Positions 8,801-21,713 of a DNA stretch of 64,000 nt are shown here, piece by piece. The stretch is from an uncultured Ardenticatenaceae bacterium (GTDB lineage Bacteria; Chloroflexota; Anaerolineae; Promineifilales; Promineifilaceae): the NCBI GenBank assembly GCA_964389925.1, contig CAYMGE010000002.1:47729-111728 (forward strand). Reading direction: 5' to 3'. Made by a program: the position numbers and the translations under genes. A model generated the notes under the pieces. It worked only from the letters and a program-made list of their open reading frames with translations. It searched no databases and was not told the DNA's origin. Every line of letters starts with the position of its first letter. Within the stretch, counting starts at the first letter, position 1.

Positions 8801-10306
8801 CTATGCGCTAAAAGCAGCAAGAAAGATACAAGCCCCTACGCCAAGTAAAACCAATCCTGCAATTGCCCAATTGTGCTGGGCTTTGTTGAATTCCTCAACG
8901 CTGTTCCACTGTCGATTACTCCAAGACCACTCACGCCCCTTGAACAAAACAGCGATAGAGAGAACGAGATTGAGCAACATGCCAACCACAGGAATAAATG
9001 AAAGAATCGTTGTGGCAATGATGAGATACCACATTCCATTGCCAAAGCCCCAAAAACCCGTCAGCAAAAAACCACCCCAGCATAAGCCATGTCCTTCAGG
9101 TGGAAGCTGTTTTGACATATAGCCAGACTGTGAAACGGGGGGATTGGGGCTTTCCCATCTGAGCGGCTGGTCGGCCGGTGTTTGCGACTGAAAGGGAGCC
9201 GGCTTGTTATTAGTTACAGCCGGGAAAGGTGGAAATGGATCATGTCTGGGCGGTGGATTTTGCGGTGGCGGGAAGTGAGGGGATGAAAATCCACTGCTTT
9301 GTGGCGGCATTTTGGGCTGACGCAAGGCTGTCCGCATCTCGGCAATTGTGTTCCATCGGTCGGCCGGATTGCGTGCAACGGCCTTGAGAATCGCGTCCTC
9401 CGTGCTATCAGCGATCATCGGATTAAATTTGGTAATAGCTGGAAAGTTGAACGGATCTTCATGCGGTTGGCGCAGCGTCAACAGGTAGTGGAGCGTCGCG
9501 CCGAGCGCGTAGATGTCGCTGCGGGCATCTGTTTGACCAGAGCCATACTGTTCGGGGGGCGCGAAACCAGCCGTACCAAAGCTAGTCGTGTCTGTGCTTT
9601 TGCCCTGCTTGAAAAAGCGCACAATGCCAAAGTCGATCAGCTTGATGCGCTGATCGGCCGTCAGCATGATGTTATCGGGCTTGAGGTCGCGGAAGATAAT
9701 CGGCCGTGGCTGCGTGTGCAGATAGTGCAGCACGTCGCAGAGCTGATCCGCCCACTCAAGCACCTTTTTCTCATCGATTGGTTCGTTTTGCTGTTCAGCA
9801 ATGTCCGCCAACGTTTTGCCCTCGATAAAATCCATCACGAGATAATGCTTGCCACCCTCGTCAAAGTAATCGACCACGTTGGGCAAGTTGGGGTGAACGA
9901 GATTTGAGAGCAGCATTGCCTCTTGTTCAAAAGCGGCAATCGCATCGTTGATTTGTTGCTCGTCTGTCAGAAGCCCATCACTCATCTCTTTGAGCGCCCA
10001 TTGTTTGCCGCGCAGTCGGGTGTCATCGACGAGATAGACGGCTCCCATGCCGCCCTGCCCAAGCACGCGGATGATCATGTAGCGGTCTGCAAGCGTATGG
10101 TTGGTGGGCAAACGGCCTGTTGTACTTTGCCGCTGGAGCGGCCCCGTTTTCAAATCGGCCGCACATTGATAGCAGAAGTTGGCTTGCAGGTTGTTGGCTG
10201 CGCCGCACTGATGGCAGCGGCGCTCAGTGAGCAGTGAGCAGGAACAGTTTGTGCAAAAACGCGAATTCGGCCGATTTTCCGTGCCGCATTGTGGACAGTA
10301 TTTCAT
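8801..10306 (-). CDS. Ser/Thr protein kinase with N-terminal double zinc-ribbon and C-terminal membrane domain
   Basis: 501 aa. CPQCG..CTNC and CHQCG..CYQC ribbons. Hanks motifs GQGGMGAVY, ALKE, FRDLKPDNIM, DFG, GTAGFAPPE. Pro-rich linker and C-terminal TM helices. Its start shares one base with the upstream kinase stop (TAATG). Confidence 0.9.
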   Translation of the reverse strand: MKYCPQCGTENRPNSRFCTNCSCSLLTERRCHQCGAANNLQANFCYQCAADLKTGPLQRQSTTGRLPTNHTLADRYMIIRVLGQGGMGAVYLVDDTRLRGKQWALKEMSDGLLTDEQQINDAIAAFEQEAMLLSNLVHPNLPNVVDYFDEGGKHYLVMDFIEGKTLADIAEQQNEPIDEKKVLEWADQLCDVLHYLHTQPRPIIFRDLKPDNIMLTADQRIKLIDFGIVRFFKQGKSTDTTSFGTAGFAPPEQYGSGQTDARSDIYALGATLHYLLTLRQPHEDPFNFPAITKFNPMIADSTEDAILKAVARNPADRWNTIAEMRTALRQPKMPPQSSGFSSPHFPPPQNPPPRHDPFPPFPAVTNNKPAPFQSQTPADQPLRWESPNPPVSQSGYMSKQLPPEGHGLCWGGFLLTGFWGFGNGMWYLIIATTILSFIPVVGMLLNLVLSIAVLFKGREWSWSNRQWNSVEEFNKAQHNWAIAGLVLLGVGACIFLAAFSA

Positions 10307-12579
10307 TAGCGATCTGCCTCCCGAACAGCTGTGCCTAAGATAATGCGATAGTCACCACTTGTTCCGGAAGCACCTTCAATTTCGATTGTATATTCTCCGA
10401 CAAAGTCTACAACAAAGAAGATCGTTTCATTGTAATTTTCGGAAGCGTAATCGGCCGAGACAACCAAATTTCCCTCTGGATCATAGAGCGAGATGATGCC
10501 GTCGAGTCCGTTGTAACATTCTAGCGTGAGAACGTCTATTGACTCCTCAGCTGTCGTATAGGTATGAGAGGTCGTTTCGCCCGCCGTCACAAAGCCGGTC
10601 ACGCTGTCATCAACAGGCAGCACGAGTAGAAAATAGGGGGTTGGGTCGGTGTCTGCATCTCGGCCGAATTCAGAAATTGCGAGTAGATAATCGGCCGAAC
10701 TCTCTGGTGTAAAGACAACAGAATCGGCATCATTCCCAAAGCTGATCGTTTCTGCCAACGCATTTTCACCAGCCCCATACACCGCAATGTCTAGGTCTGC
10801 ATCTATCTGTGGAACGACCAAAATGAGCAGTTCTTCCCCTGCATTAGCCACAAGCGAGTACGTTTCTATCCCGATCTCATCTCTAATTACCCCATCCACT
10901 TGATCGCCAACAGATATGGTCTCCCCTACAGGGGATTCTGTGGGTGGGGGCGGTTCAGGCGTTGCTAGCGGTATGCCCAACACGATGCTGTCCCGAATCG
11001 CTAGGAAGGTTGGCTGCCAGCGTTCCCATGCGTCCCCTTTCTCTGACACAAGATTGACCATAATCATGGCATTGCCCGACGTGCGAACCGCCGTCAAGTC
11101 GATGATGATGTCTTCGGCATCAGCTAAGTAGGTTGTGGTCGCTGCGCTTTGTCCATTGATAGAAAATAGCTCTGTCTCATTGATAACTTCAAGCGAGTCG
11201 TACTCTTCCCGAAATGATTCAAGCATGAATTCGAGCAGCGCGTCTGGAGCCAACCCCGCCACGCTTGCATCGGCAAACAGTGTTCCGGCTGCACCATCCG
11301 TGAAATCATCCGAATCAAAGCTGGCCTGTGAGTCTGCGTACTCAAAGCCATCGGCCGTCTCTTCCCGCACCCAACTATCGGGCAGCTGAATTGAAATTCC
11401 CCGCGTGCTATGCTCGATTTCGCTAAACCCAGCATAAGGATCGGGGGTGGCAGTTGGTGAAGGTGTCAGCGTGGGCGTTGGAGAGAGCGTTGGGGTCGGG
11501 GTATTCGTTGGTGTGTTGGTGGGCGTGCTTGTCGGCGGCAGCGCTGTTGGCGTGGGTGTTGGGGCAAATGCGGGCAAAATGACCTGCGACCCAAGCCAGC
11601 CAATTAAAATGAGGAGCGCAAGGACACCGCCCCCAATAAAGAGTGGCAGACGTGATTTGTTCGTTCCCGCTGAAGGAGAGGATAACGATGATGTGTCGGG
11701 TGGTGTGTAGGTCGGCTGCCTAACGGTGGCGGCTTGGCTGACGGGAGGCGGTGGGGTAGGTTGGGGGGTGGAAACTGGCGGCGCGGTTGAGAAGAGGGCG
11801 CGGGCGAAGGCATCGGCCGATGGATAGCGATCAGTCGTCGTCAACGCCATCGCCGTGTAGACTGCGCGGTTGACCGCTGGCCCGCTCGTCTGGCTGCGTT
11901 CCGAGACGGCCGGCAAACGCACATTGCTAAACTGACGCGAAATGCTATCGGTCGGCTCTTCCCCAGTCAGCAAACAGTAAACGGTTGCCCCCAATGAGTA
12001 AACATCCGAATAAGGGCCTGTTCGCCCACCGTACTGTTCAGGTGGACTAAAGCCGGGTGAGACCGCTTTTGCCGCAACCTGTGTCTTGGCTTGCGCCGAG
12101 TTTAGTTTTGAGATGCCAAAATCGACCAGCATCGCCTGATTATTTTCAGTGATGATGATATTGGCTGGCTTGATGTCGCGGTGGATAATCGACTGGTTGT
12201 GTAGATAGGAGACCGCATCACAAACCTGCTCAATCCACGGCTTGATCTCTGCCAGCGTGAAAGGGCGTTCCTGCGCCCGCATCCGATCTTGCAGGTTTGT
12301 GCCATCCACAAAGTCCATCACGAGATATTGACCTTGCTCTGGAATGATAAAGTGATCTGTGACGCGAGGCAGGTTGGGATGGCGCAAGTTTGCCAGCGTG
12401 GAGGCTTCATGTTGAAACTGCTGGCGGGCTTCGGCCGAACTCTCCGTACTTTCCTTGAGCGCAACACGCGCCCGTAGCGATATATCCCACGCTCGATAGA
12501 CGTTGCCATAGCCACCGCCGCCGACAAACTCAACGATGCGGTAGCGATTGTAAATCACCTGACCTTTTTGAAGCTGCAT
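10306..12579 (-). CDS. Ser/Thr protein kinase, single-pass, with large extracytoplasmic domain
   Basis: 757 aa. GGGGYGNVY, ALKE, HRDIKPANII, DFG, SPGFSPPE. TM helix LPLFIGGGVLALLILIGWLG. Pro/Thr linker, then an outside domain of about 380 aa with unknown fold. Confidence 0.9.
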   Translation of the reverse strand: MQLQKGQVIYNRYRIVEFVGGGGYGNVYRAWDISLRARVALKESTESSAEARQQFQHEASTLANLRHPNLPRVTDHFIIPEQGQYLVMDFVDGTNLQDRMRAQERPFTLAEIKPWIEQVCDAVSYLHNQSIIHRDIKPANIIITENNQAMLVDFGISKLNSAQAKTQVAAKAVSPGFSPPEQYGGRTGPYSDVYSLGATVYCLLTGEEPTDSISRQFSNVRLPAVSERSQTSGPAVNRAVYTAMALTTTDRYPSADAFARALFSTAPPVSTPQPTPPPPVSQAATVRQPTYTPPDTSSLSSPSAGTNKSRLPLFIGGGVLALLILIGWLGSQVILPAFAPTPTPTALPPTSTPTNTPTNTPTPTLSPTPTLTPSPTATPDPYAGFSEIEHSTRGISIQLPDSWVREETADGFEYADSQASFDSDDFTDGAAGTLFADASVAGLAPDALLEFMLESFREEYDSLEVINETELFSINGQSAATTTYLADAEDIIIDLTAVRTSGNAMIMVNLVSEKGDAWERWQPTFLAIRDSIVLGIPLATPEPPPPTESPVGETISVGDQVDGVIRDEIGIETYSLVANAGEELLILVVPQIDADLDIAVYGAGENALAETISFGNDADSVVFTPESSADYLLAISEFGRDADTDPTPYFLLVLPVDDSVTGFVTAGETTSHTYTTAEESIDVLTLECYNGLDGIISLYDPEGNLVVSADYASENYNETIFFVVDFVGEYTIEIEGASGTSGDYRIILGTAVREADR

Positions 12580-12595
12580 GTCCGTTTCCTTTTAA

Positions 12596-14194
12596 CTAAT
12601 CACGCCATTTGAGACCAGTTTGCTTGAGAAAGAGATACCCTTGTATTAAATCACCGACAAACCAACCGAGACCACCAAGCAAAAACGCGCTAATCCACGC
12701 GACCCCGTTGATTGCAAAACTCATATAGCTGCTGATGACGGCAAAAATGATGTGTCCAATAATGGCTGTGAAGCCAAGCCAAGCTGCCTCACGCTGCCAT
12801 GCGCCGGGATCATCCCGTCTGAGTGACCCCATGATTTTGGGCAACAACATGATCATGCCTTCAATCACCAATGCACTCGCAACCGCCCCAATGAGCAGAT
12901 TGGCAGAGTTCGTTGCGTAGTCTAGCTGTGACCAAGTAATAATGCCCCCAATAAATCCGACGCTAAAGTGTGCGATGGCGGCCGCCCAACGTCTGCGGGT
13001 AGCTGCATACGCCAACGGTGCGATTATTGCAATCGTCGGAACATTGCTCCACAGCCATGTGTTGATCAGATAGGGTGTGACGAGCCACAGTACCACAAGC
13101 AACGTGAGCAGCAAGCTGCCTCCGGCAGTGAGCAGTTGTCGAGTGGTGTAAGCGGACGCTTTAATTAGCATCTGCGTCGTTAGGCGGGAGGTCTTGATAC
13201 CACCTGTTGACGGTCGATTGGGCGGTTTGATGGGAGGCTGGACTGGGGTGTGGATGGGAGAGACCGTGGAGGGCAACAAGGCAAGCTGCATTGTGCGTGC
13301 GTCTCGAAAGCGTTTGGCTGGATTGTAAGCGGTGGCGGTGGCGATCAGGTTGTCGGTATCGGCCGATATTCCCCGCCTTTTTGAACGCACACGCGGCAAC
13401 GCTTGCATCGGCGGATAGTCGCTCACATCTTCGCCCGTCAACAACGCGAAGAGCGTCACGCCAAGTGAATAGATGTCACTGCGCGTCGATGTTTGTCCGC
13501 TAAATGCCTCCGGCGCAGCATAGCCCAACGTTCCTAAGGCGACCGTATCCTTCTGTTGACCGGGCTTAAAAAATCGCACGATGCCAAAGTCGATCAGCTT
13601 CACGTCACCGGAGCGCGTGAGCATGATATTGTCGGGCTTGAGATCGCGGAAGATGATCGGCTGTGGCTGCTTGTGCAAATAGGACAACACATCACATAGT
13701 TGACGAGACCAAGCCAAGACCGTCTTTTCGGGGAACTGACCTTTTTCATCGAGCATCTCTTGCAATGTCTGACCCTCAATAAATTCCATTACCAAATAAT
13801 GGCGGTCATCAATGACAAATTTATCGCTGACATTGGGGAGATGCACATGGTTGAGCCGCGTCAGCAACTCCGCCTCCCGCTCAAATGAGGCAATCGCCCG
13901 CGCCTTTTCGTCTTGGTCAAAGATAGCAGAGTTGGACATCTCCTTGATGGCAACCGTTTTATCCGTTTTTGTGTCCACCGCCTTGTAAACCGCTCCCATG
14001 CCCCCTTGTCCCACTTTGCCGAGTAAAATGTAGCGATTGTTGAGAAAGGTGTTTGCAGGCAAACGACCTGTTGCCATGTTCGGAAAAGTTTGTGGGGTCG
14101 CGCTGACGGTTGAGAGAGAGACACCACATTTACGACAGAAGCGTGAGCCATCACGATTTGTTTCACCACATTGAGAGCAGAGTTGTTGGTTCAT
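12596..14194 (-). CDS. Ser/Thr protein kinase with N-terminal zinc-ribbon and polytopic C-terminal membrane domain
   Basis: 532 aa. CSQCG...CRKCG ribbon. GQGGMGAVY, AIKE, FRDLKPDNIM, DFG, GTLGYAAPE. The C-terminal ~190 aa contain several TM helices. Confidence 0.9.
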   Translation of the reverse strand: MNQQLCSQCGETNRDGSRFCRKCGVSLSTVSATPQTFPNMATGRLPANTFLNNRYILLGKVGQGGMGAVYKAVDTKTDKTVAIKEMSNSAIFDQDEKARAIASFEREAELLTRLNHVHLPNVSDKFVIDDRHYLVMEFIEGQTLQEMLDEKGQFPEKTVLAWSRQLCDVLSYLHKQPQPIIFRDLKPDNIMLTRSGDVKLIDFGIVRFFKPGQQKDTVALGTLGYAAPEAFSGQTSTRSDIYSLGVTLFALLTGEDVSDYPPMQALPRVRSKRRGISADTDNLIATATAYNPAKRFRDARTMQLALLPSTVSPIHTPVQPPIKPPNRPSTGGIKTSRLTTQMLIKASAYTTRQLLTAGGSLLLTLLVVLWLVTPYLINTWLWSNVPTIAIIAPLAYAATRRRWAAAIAHFSVGFIGGIITWSQLDYATNSANLLIGAVASALVIEGMIMLLPKIMGSLRRDDPGAWQREAAWLGFTAIIGHIIFAVISSYMSFAINGVAWISAFLLGGLGWFVGDLIQGYLFLKQTGLKWRD

Positions 14195-14641
14195 AAGTCA
14201 CTTGATGAACGAAACCCACAAGAGCGCCGTTCGTGTATTCGTGACAGATATACCGTTTATAGCTCTTTATTTGCTGTTTTGATGAAAATTGGTGTGAAGA
14301 TGTCGTTGATAAGGGTTGTGCGTATTGCGTGTCTGGCTTACGCAGGGCGTTGCTTATAAGTACTTAATCAAAAGTAATCGGGTGTTCGGTATTCGGTGTG
14401 CGTTCTACCACAGGTCAATACCGAACGCTGATTACCGTTTACCATTGCCCCAAAACTTTTTCCTGACTACTTATGTCTTGCCATTTTGCTTCTTGTCCCA
14501 ACAGCTCCATTAATGTATCGTACAGACTTAGCTTGTTTTCCATCCGTCTTTTCCTTTTGATTGTCAGATTTCTTCTGGAAGAAGATCGTTTTTTTGCCTT
14601 TTGGAAAATATCCCTCTCACCCTTTTTATCAGTCAATCAGT

Positions 14642-17600
14642 ATGCTTCTCTTTAATGCAAATGCCCTTGTCTTGTTTAGCCAGCTACTTGTAGCTCTGAT
14701 TTTGCTTGGGCAAATCCTCCGAACGCCAGACAAAGATGAACACACTTACCTCGTGATTTGGGGTGATGGCATCATCGTTGGGTATGTCGTTCTATTTTGT
14801 CTCGCCACTTTGCTTGCTCCGTGGTCTCGTTTCCAAAATGACATCAACATCGCGCTTCAGGTATTCGTGATCGTTGGGTTTGTTGGGTTTGCCAATATGA
14901 CCTATACAGTCCCCACACGCAGGGCGGAGTGGGAACGAGAACGCTGGATTGTCACTTGCATAGCGATAGTGATGCTTTTGTGGGTTGTCACCAATCTGCC
15001 GCTTGCGGGTGTGTTATGGGGGGTCTCTCTGGGAACGGCTTGGACAGTTGCGGTCGTATCGGCCGAACGAAGCATTCAGCGAGCCATGCAGTCGGTTGGA
15101 CTCCTGTTGCTGCTAATCATGGGCTGGCGCACTTTATTTCATTCGTTTGCTGGCATTGAGTTATCTCGTTTTGTTGACAATTGGGGTGAAGCAGCGGGCG
15201 GCGCATCTGTTGCGAGCTTGGCCTTATGGGGTTTATTTGTGTTGATACGGCGTACGCGGCTTGAAGAGTCAGAGCAAATGCAGCGTATGTTGCGAGCCTT
15301 TGGGCGCGTGGGATTGGTGTCTGGTGTGGGTGGTGTAGTTGTTTTATTAGGTCAGTTACTGGCTCCCTTTGTGCCTATCCCGCTTACAAATGTGTTGGTT
15401 GGTCTGGTCATTGGGGCAATTGTGTTGGCAATGGGGATTGCATACTTCAATTACGCACCGCAGCCCATTTCGTTTTTGAACAAAATTAATCTGACGGTTG
15501 TTGTCGTTGTGTTGTCCACGGTTGGCACGTTGGGAATTTGGTTGACACCATTTTTGGAGCGCACGTATCAACCCTCGGAGCTTATATCTAGTCAGCAAAC
15601 CATTCAGTGGACACGCAACGGGCGTGGCTTTGTCTATGAAACATTGCCATCCCAACTTGACCCACAATGGGGTAGACGTTTGGATATTGGGCGAGGGGAG
15701 TGCGTCATTTGGGAAGCCTCTTTCGATCTGTTTGCCGGGCTACCCGCATCGGGGCAGATGCCAAAGGTTTGCAAAGATGGGTATGTTATTGCAGCGGCAG
15801 ACAGGCGCATGACAGATCGTGGCGCATTGGTACGGGAGGCCACGGTGGGTTATGTGCCATTGGCAACGGACTTTGAAGCAGTCTATGTACGGAGCACAAT
15901 CGATCAATTTGTTGTCACATGGGAACAAACTGAACCGCATCCAATTATAACCCAACTGGTGGTATATGCTGATGGCGTTGTGAATATGTCGTATGGCGAG
16001 GTGGCACTTGAGCGCACCTATATTGATGATCAGTTTGGGAACAATGGACTCGTTGGGATTGTGCAGCAATCAAGCGAATCGGCGCAGTTGGTGTCCAGTT
16101 TTGTGGCGGAGCCAAATTCGGCCGAATCTGCCCACTCTGTTTATGCTTTCTTCGCCGCAGAAGCGCGTTTACATGCCCATCAACTGCTCTTACCAGTCGT
16201 CTTTTTACTCGTTCTTCTGGCAATCTTATTGTTAATCACGCTGCCGCTATTGTTGAGACCGGGGCTGTTCCAACCGCTACAGGCTTTGGTGACAGGGGTG
16301 GAACAAGTCAATCAGGGGGCGTTGGATACCCGTGTGCGGGTTCAGTTCAACGATGAAATTGGATTTTTAACACAATCATTTAACCAGATGGTATCGTCCG
16401 TGCAGGAAACCCAAATGACGTTGGAGACGCGAGTGCAAGAGCGGACAGCAGATTTGGAGGTGGCGAAAAATTCGGCCGAAGCCGCCAATCAAGCCAAAAG
16501 CCGTTTTCTCGCCAACATGAGCCATGAACTACGAACGCCCCTCAACGCGATTCTCGGCTATGCACAAATCTTTCGTCGGCAACCGCCCACCGAACGCACG
16601 TTGACCATCATTCAAGATAGTGGTCAACATCTTCTAGGCTTGATCAATGATCTGCTCGACTTGGCAAAAATCGAAGCTGGTAAGGTAACGCTCCAGCCAG
16701 ATTCTGCCAATTTGCCTCATTTGCTGCACATGCTCGACAACATGGTGCGCCCACAGGCCGAACAGAAGCATCTGGAACTACACACACACTTTCCAACTGT
16801 TTCGTCAGACTCATACATTTTTGATGAGAAGCGGCTGCGTCAAATTTGTCTCAATCTGCTTGGTAATGCGATCAAATTCACTGAGCAGGGACAGGTTTTC
16901 TTTTCAGTCACGATTTTGGCGCATTCGGCCGAAGCGCCTACATTCAAATTCTCCATTCGGGACTCAGGCCCCGGCCTCTCACCCAGCGAACTGCTAAAAA
17001 TTCAGGAGCCATTTTATCGCACCCGCTATGCCGAACAGCAAAAGCAAGGCACAGGGCTAGGGTTAGCTCTCGTCAAACAGCTTCTGGAACTGATGGGAAG
17101 CGAACTCCACATTGAAAGTCGTGAAGGAGAAGGCACCCATTGCTCGTTTGTGCTACAGCTCCCCATTGTCATGACCAACCCAACGCTCGAACCCCAGCAA
17201 AGGACAATTCGAGGCGTGCAGGGCGCACCCCCACATCTTTTGATTGTGGATGACAAATGGGAGAACCGCACATTCTTGACTGATCTGCTTGCCCCGTTAG
17301 GGTTTAAAACAACTGAAGCTAGAGACGGGCGGGTTGCGCTCGAACTGCTCCAAACGCACGCTGCGCCCGATTTAGTTCTGACCGATTTGGTCATGCCCAA
17401 TTTAGATGGCTTTGCCCTTGTCAGGAAAATTCGCCATCATCAACAACTTGCACATATCCCAATCATCGCGCTTTCAGCCTCTGTGCTGGAACAGGATGAC
17501 TCCGTTGCCGTCGATGGGTTCCTGCTCAAGCCGATCCAGACGGAGCAACTCCTCGAAAAAATCGGGACGCTACTCAACCTCACGTGGGAATACGATACAG

Positions 17601-17827
17601 TTGCAGATCAATCTTCTGCTGAACTGATTTTCCCACCGCAGGAAGAGATTGCCCAACTGCAGGCACTTTTGAGGCGAGGTGATGTCAAAGGGGCAAAACA
17701 ACTGATCGAGGGCTTTTCAGCCGATTTTCCAGCCTTCACATCCCACACCTTGTCACTGTTGTCGGCTTTCCGCTTACGAGAGCTACGCATGTGGCTTGCA
17801 GATCAACAGCTACCATACGGCAAGTAG
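14642..17827 (+). CDS. Hybrid sensor histidine kinase (multi-TM sensor, HAMP, HisKA, HATPase, receiver)
   Basis: The ORF-track start at 14561 is TTG; the first ATG is at 14642 (MLLFNANAL). H-box [18 protein letters not shown] boxes LLGNAIKFT and GTGLGLALV, receiver [11 protein letters not shown]...[10 protein letters not shown]. Confidence 0.9.
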   Translation: MLLFNANALVLFSQLLVALILLGQILRTPDKDEHTYLVIWGDGIIVGYVVLFCLATLLAPWSRFQNDINIALQVFVIVGFVGFANMTYTVPTRRAEWERERWIVTCIAIVMLLWVVTNLPLAGVLWGVSLGTAWTVAVVSAERSIQRAMQSVGLLLLLIMGWRTLFHSFAGIELSRFVDNWGEAAGGASVASLALWGLFVLIRRTRLEESEQMQRMLRAFGRVGLVSGVGGVVVLLGQLLAPFVPIPLTNVLVGLVIGAIVLAMGIAYFNYAPQPISFLNKINLTVVVVVLSTVGTLGIWLTPFLERTYQPSELISSQQTIQWTRNGRGFVYETLPSQLDPQWGRRLDIGRGECVIWEASFDLFAGLPASGQMPKVCKDGYVIAAADRRMTDRGALVREATVGYVPLATDFEAVYVRSTIDQFVVTWEQTEPHPIITQLVVYADGVVNMSYGEVALERTYIDDQFGNNGLVGIVQQSSESAQLVSSFVAEPNSAESAHSVYAFFAAEARLHAHQLLLPVVFLLVLLAILLLITLPLLLRPGLFQPLQALVTGVEQVNQGALDTRVRVQFNDEIGFLTQSFNQMVSSVQETQMTLETRVQERTADLEVAKNSAEAANQAKSRFLANMSHELRTPLNAILGYAQIFRRQPPTERTLTIIQDSGQHLLGLINDLLDLAKIEAGKVTLQPDSANLPHLLHMLDNMVRPQAEQKHLELHTHFPTVSSDSYIFDEKRLRQICLNLLGNAIKFTEQGQVFFSVTILAHSAEAPTFKFSIRDSGPGLSPSELLKIQEPFYRTRYAEQQKQGTGLGLALVKQLLELMGSELHIESREGEGTHCSFVLQLPIVMTNPTLEPQQRTIRGVQGAPPHLLIVDDKWENRTFLTDLLAPLGFKTTEARDGRVALELLQTHAAPDLVLTDLVMPNLDGFALVRKIRHHQQLAHIPIIALSASVLEQDDSVAVDGFLLKPIQTEQLLEKIGTLLNLTWEYDTVADQSSAELIFPPQEEIAQLQALLRRGDVKGAKQLIEGFSADFPAFTSHTLSLLSAFRLRELRMWLADQQLPYGK

Positions 17828-17847
17828 ATTACATACTGCCAAATTAG

Positions 17848-17899
17848 GAATGGCGAATGGTGAATGAGAAGCGCATCTTCAACCTACCATTCGCCGTTC
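17848..17899. terminator. Hairpin between convergent histidine kinase and katG genes (heptamer-repeat family)
   Basis: GGAATGGCGAATGG (17848-17860) pairs with CCATTCGCCGTTC (17887-17899): 13 bp including one G-U, ~26-nt loop, T-rich tail (ACCATTTTCAACTTTTA). Built from GAATGGY heptads. Confidence 0.4.
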
Positions 17900-17913
17900 A
17901 CCATTTTCAACTT

Positions 17914-20166
<2,253 letters not shown>

Positions 20167-20547
20167 GCGCCCATCCACTGTCGCCGCAAGCGGTCTTATA
20201 TGGTGTCCACAGGCGTTACGCCGCTGTAGCCCAGCGGCGGCGACTTTTCTGGGGTCGCCTTCCTTTTTCAGACTTCTTCTATGTTTTCATCTATCATCTT
20301 GGTTTTCAACGCAGATTGCCACATATTATCCATCTTGGCTGATTATAAAACGTCCCCTGTCTCTGTCAAGTTGCACCCACCACAAGCCACATCGAGCGAC
20401 AAGTGGTTTTATGGCGCGATGTCGGAAGTGACGGGCAAACCGCCATTGGGTGTCTTCGGCAAAGGCACAACGGGTGTTAGGGGTGACGTTTCGGCCGATG
20501 CGCGACTCCATCCACGATGAAATTACTTGGTTCCGTATAAGCTTTCC

Positions 20548-21690
20548 TTAGAAGGCTGCCCGATACATTTCTTCTAATTGACTTTCTGTCGGCTGAATTG
20601 GATTTGTCCACCAGTTCAAATCTTTGAAGGCAAAGGCGGCTAACGTTTCGATCTGATCTTCCTGTACGCCACATGCGCTCAGTCGAGTTGGCAAGCCAAT
20701 ATCGGCCGCCAATGCCTCAACCAAATCCCCCGCCTTGGTTCCATCGCGCTCCCCAGCCAGCGCAAACGCCACTTCTGCATACCGCTCGGCCGCCCAATCA
20801 TGACTAAAGCGCATCTGTGGTGGCAACATCAAAGAACAGGCTAGCCCGTGATGAATGTCACAAAACGTCGAGAGCTGATGGGCTAAAGAGTGGGCTGCTC
20901 CTAGCCAGTTTGAGCTAAGTGCAACCCCACCCAGCATAGATGCCTCCAGCATCGCAGCACGCGCTCCTAGGTTATCAGCCTCTGCAACCGCCGTGCGAAG
21001 ATGTTGTCCGATCAGCGCGATCCCCTGCAAAATCAACGGATCAAGCGTTTTTTGCGCGTTGGTTGACACATAGGCTTCAATTAGGTGGGACAACGCATCC
21101 ATGCCCGTCGCAGCCGTCAGATGAGATGGCAGCGAAACGGTTAGCTGTGGGTCGAGCAGCGCAACGTTGGGAATTAGGTTTGTGCCGATGCCTGCCTTCT
21201 GTTGTGTCTCTTTGTCTGTGACGACACCCCATGGTGTCACCTCGCTACCGGTTCCGCTCGTCGTCGGAACAGCTATCATCGGCGGCATCGCGGCAAGGGA
21301 AGGATTCGGCCGCCTATTTTCCCCCAACGTAGATAGATATTCTGCCACGCTAACACCATCTGGCGAGCCTGCCAAAATCCGCACCCCCTTTGCCATATCA
21401 AGCGCACTGCCGCCGCCGACCCCAACGATACAATCTGCGCCGCACGCTCGATATGCCGCATAGGCTGCATCGACATGTTTGGCATCGGGATTGCCGATCA
21501 CGTCGTCGAAATAGGTTATCTGAATCGCGGTGCGGGCGAGGGCGGAGGTGATGTCGGCCGAAATATCCCTCACGCCCGGGTCAATCAGCACAAACAGATG
21601 CGTTTTGTCCAGCACCCCTACTTGGTCTGCCAAATGAGCCAATGCGCCTACGCCAAAAATTGTTGTTCCCGGCCATAAAATCGTTTGCAT
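20548..21690 (-). CDS. Iron-containing (group III) alcohol dehydrogenase
   Basis: 380 aa. GVGGGSALDMAKG nucleotide-binding block, metal-ligand His blocks (MDALSHLIEAY, AHSLAHQL). Confidence 0.88.
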   Translation of the reverse strand: MQTILWPGTTIFGVGALAHLADQVGVLDKTHLFVLIDPGVRDISADITSALARTAIQITYFDDVIGNPDAKHVDAAYAAYRACGADCIVGVGGGSALDMAKGVRILAGSPDGVSVAEYLSTLGENRRPNPSLAAMPPMIAVPTTSGTGSEVTPWGVVTDKETQQKAGIGTNLIPNVALLDPQLTVSLPSHLTAATGMDALSHLIEAYVSTNAQKTLDPLILQGIALIGQHLRTAVAEADNLGARAAMLEASMLGGVALSSNWLGAAHSLAHQLSTFCDIHHGLACSLMLPPQMRFSHDWAAERYAEVAFALAGERDGTKAGDLVEALAADIGLPTRLSACGVQEDQIETLAAFAFKDLNWWTNPIQPTESQLEEMYRAAF

Positions 21691-21713
21691 AATATAGTCC
21701 TAAGTTTCATGAT

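Noticed and set aside
9299-9907. 202-aa + strand ORF (similar cases: 6538-7014, 39353-39883, 53943-54371, 56369-56719, 58655-59122)
   Set aside because: Each is antisense to a gene with clear family motifs (kinase, S8 peptidase, tlyA/rlmI, PKS). Judged to be shadow ORFs.
14439-14636. 65-aa Lys/Arg-rich minus-strand ORF in the kinase/histidine-kinase divergent region
   Set aside because: No SD and a low-complexity basic N-terminus. It overlaps the probable leader of the histidine kinase gene, and no family is recognised.
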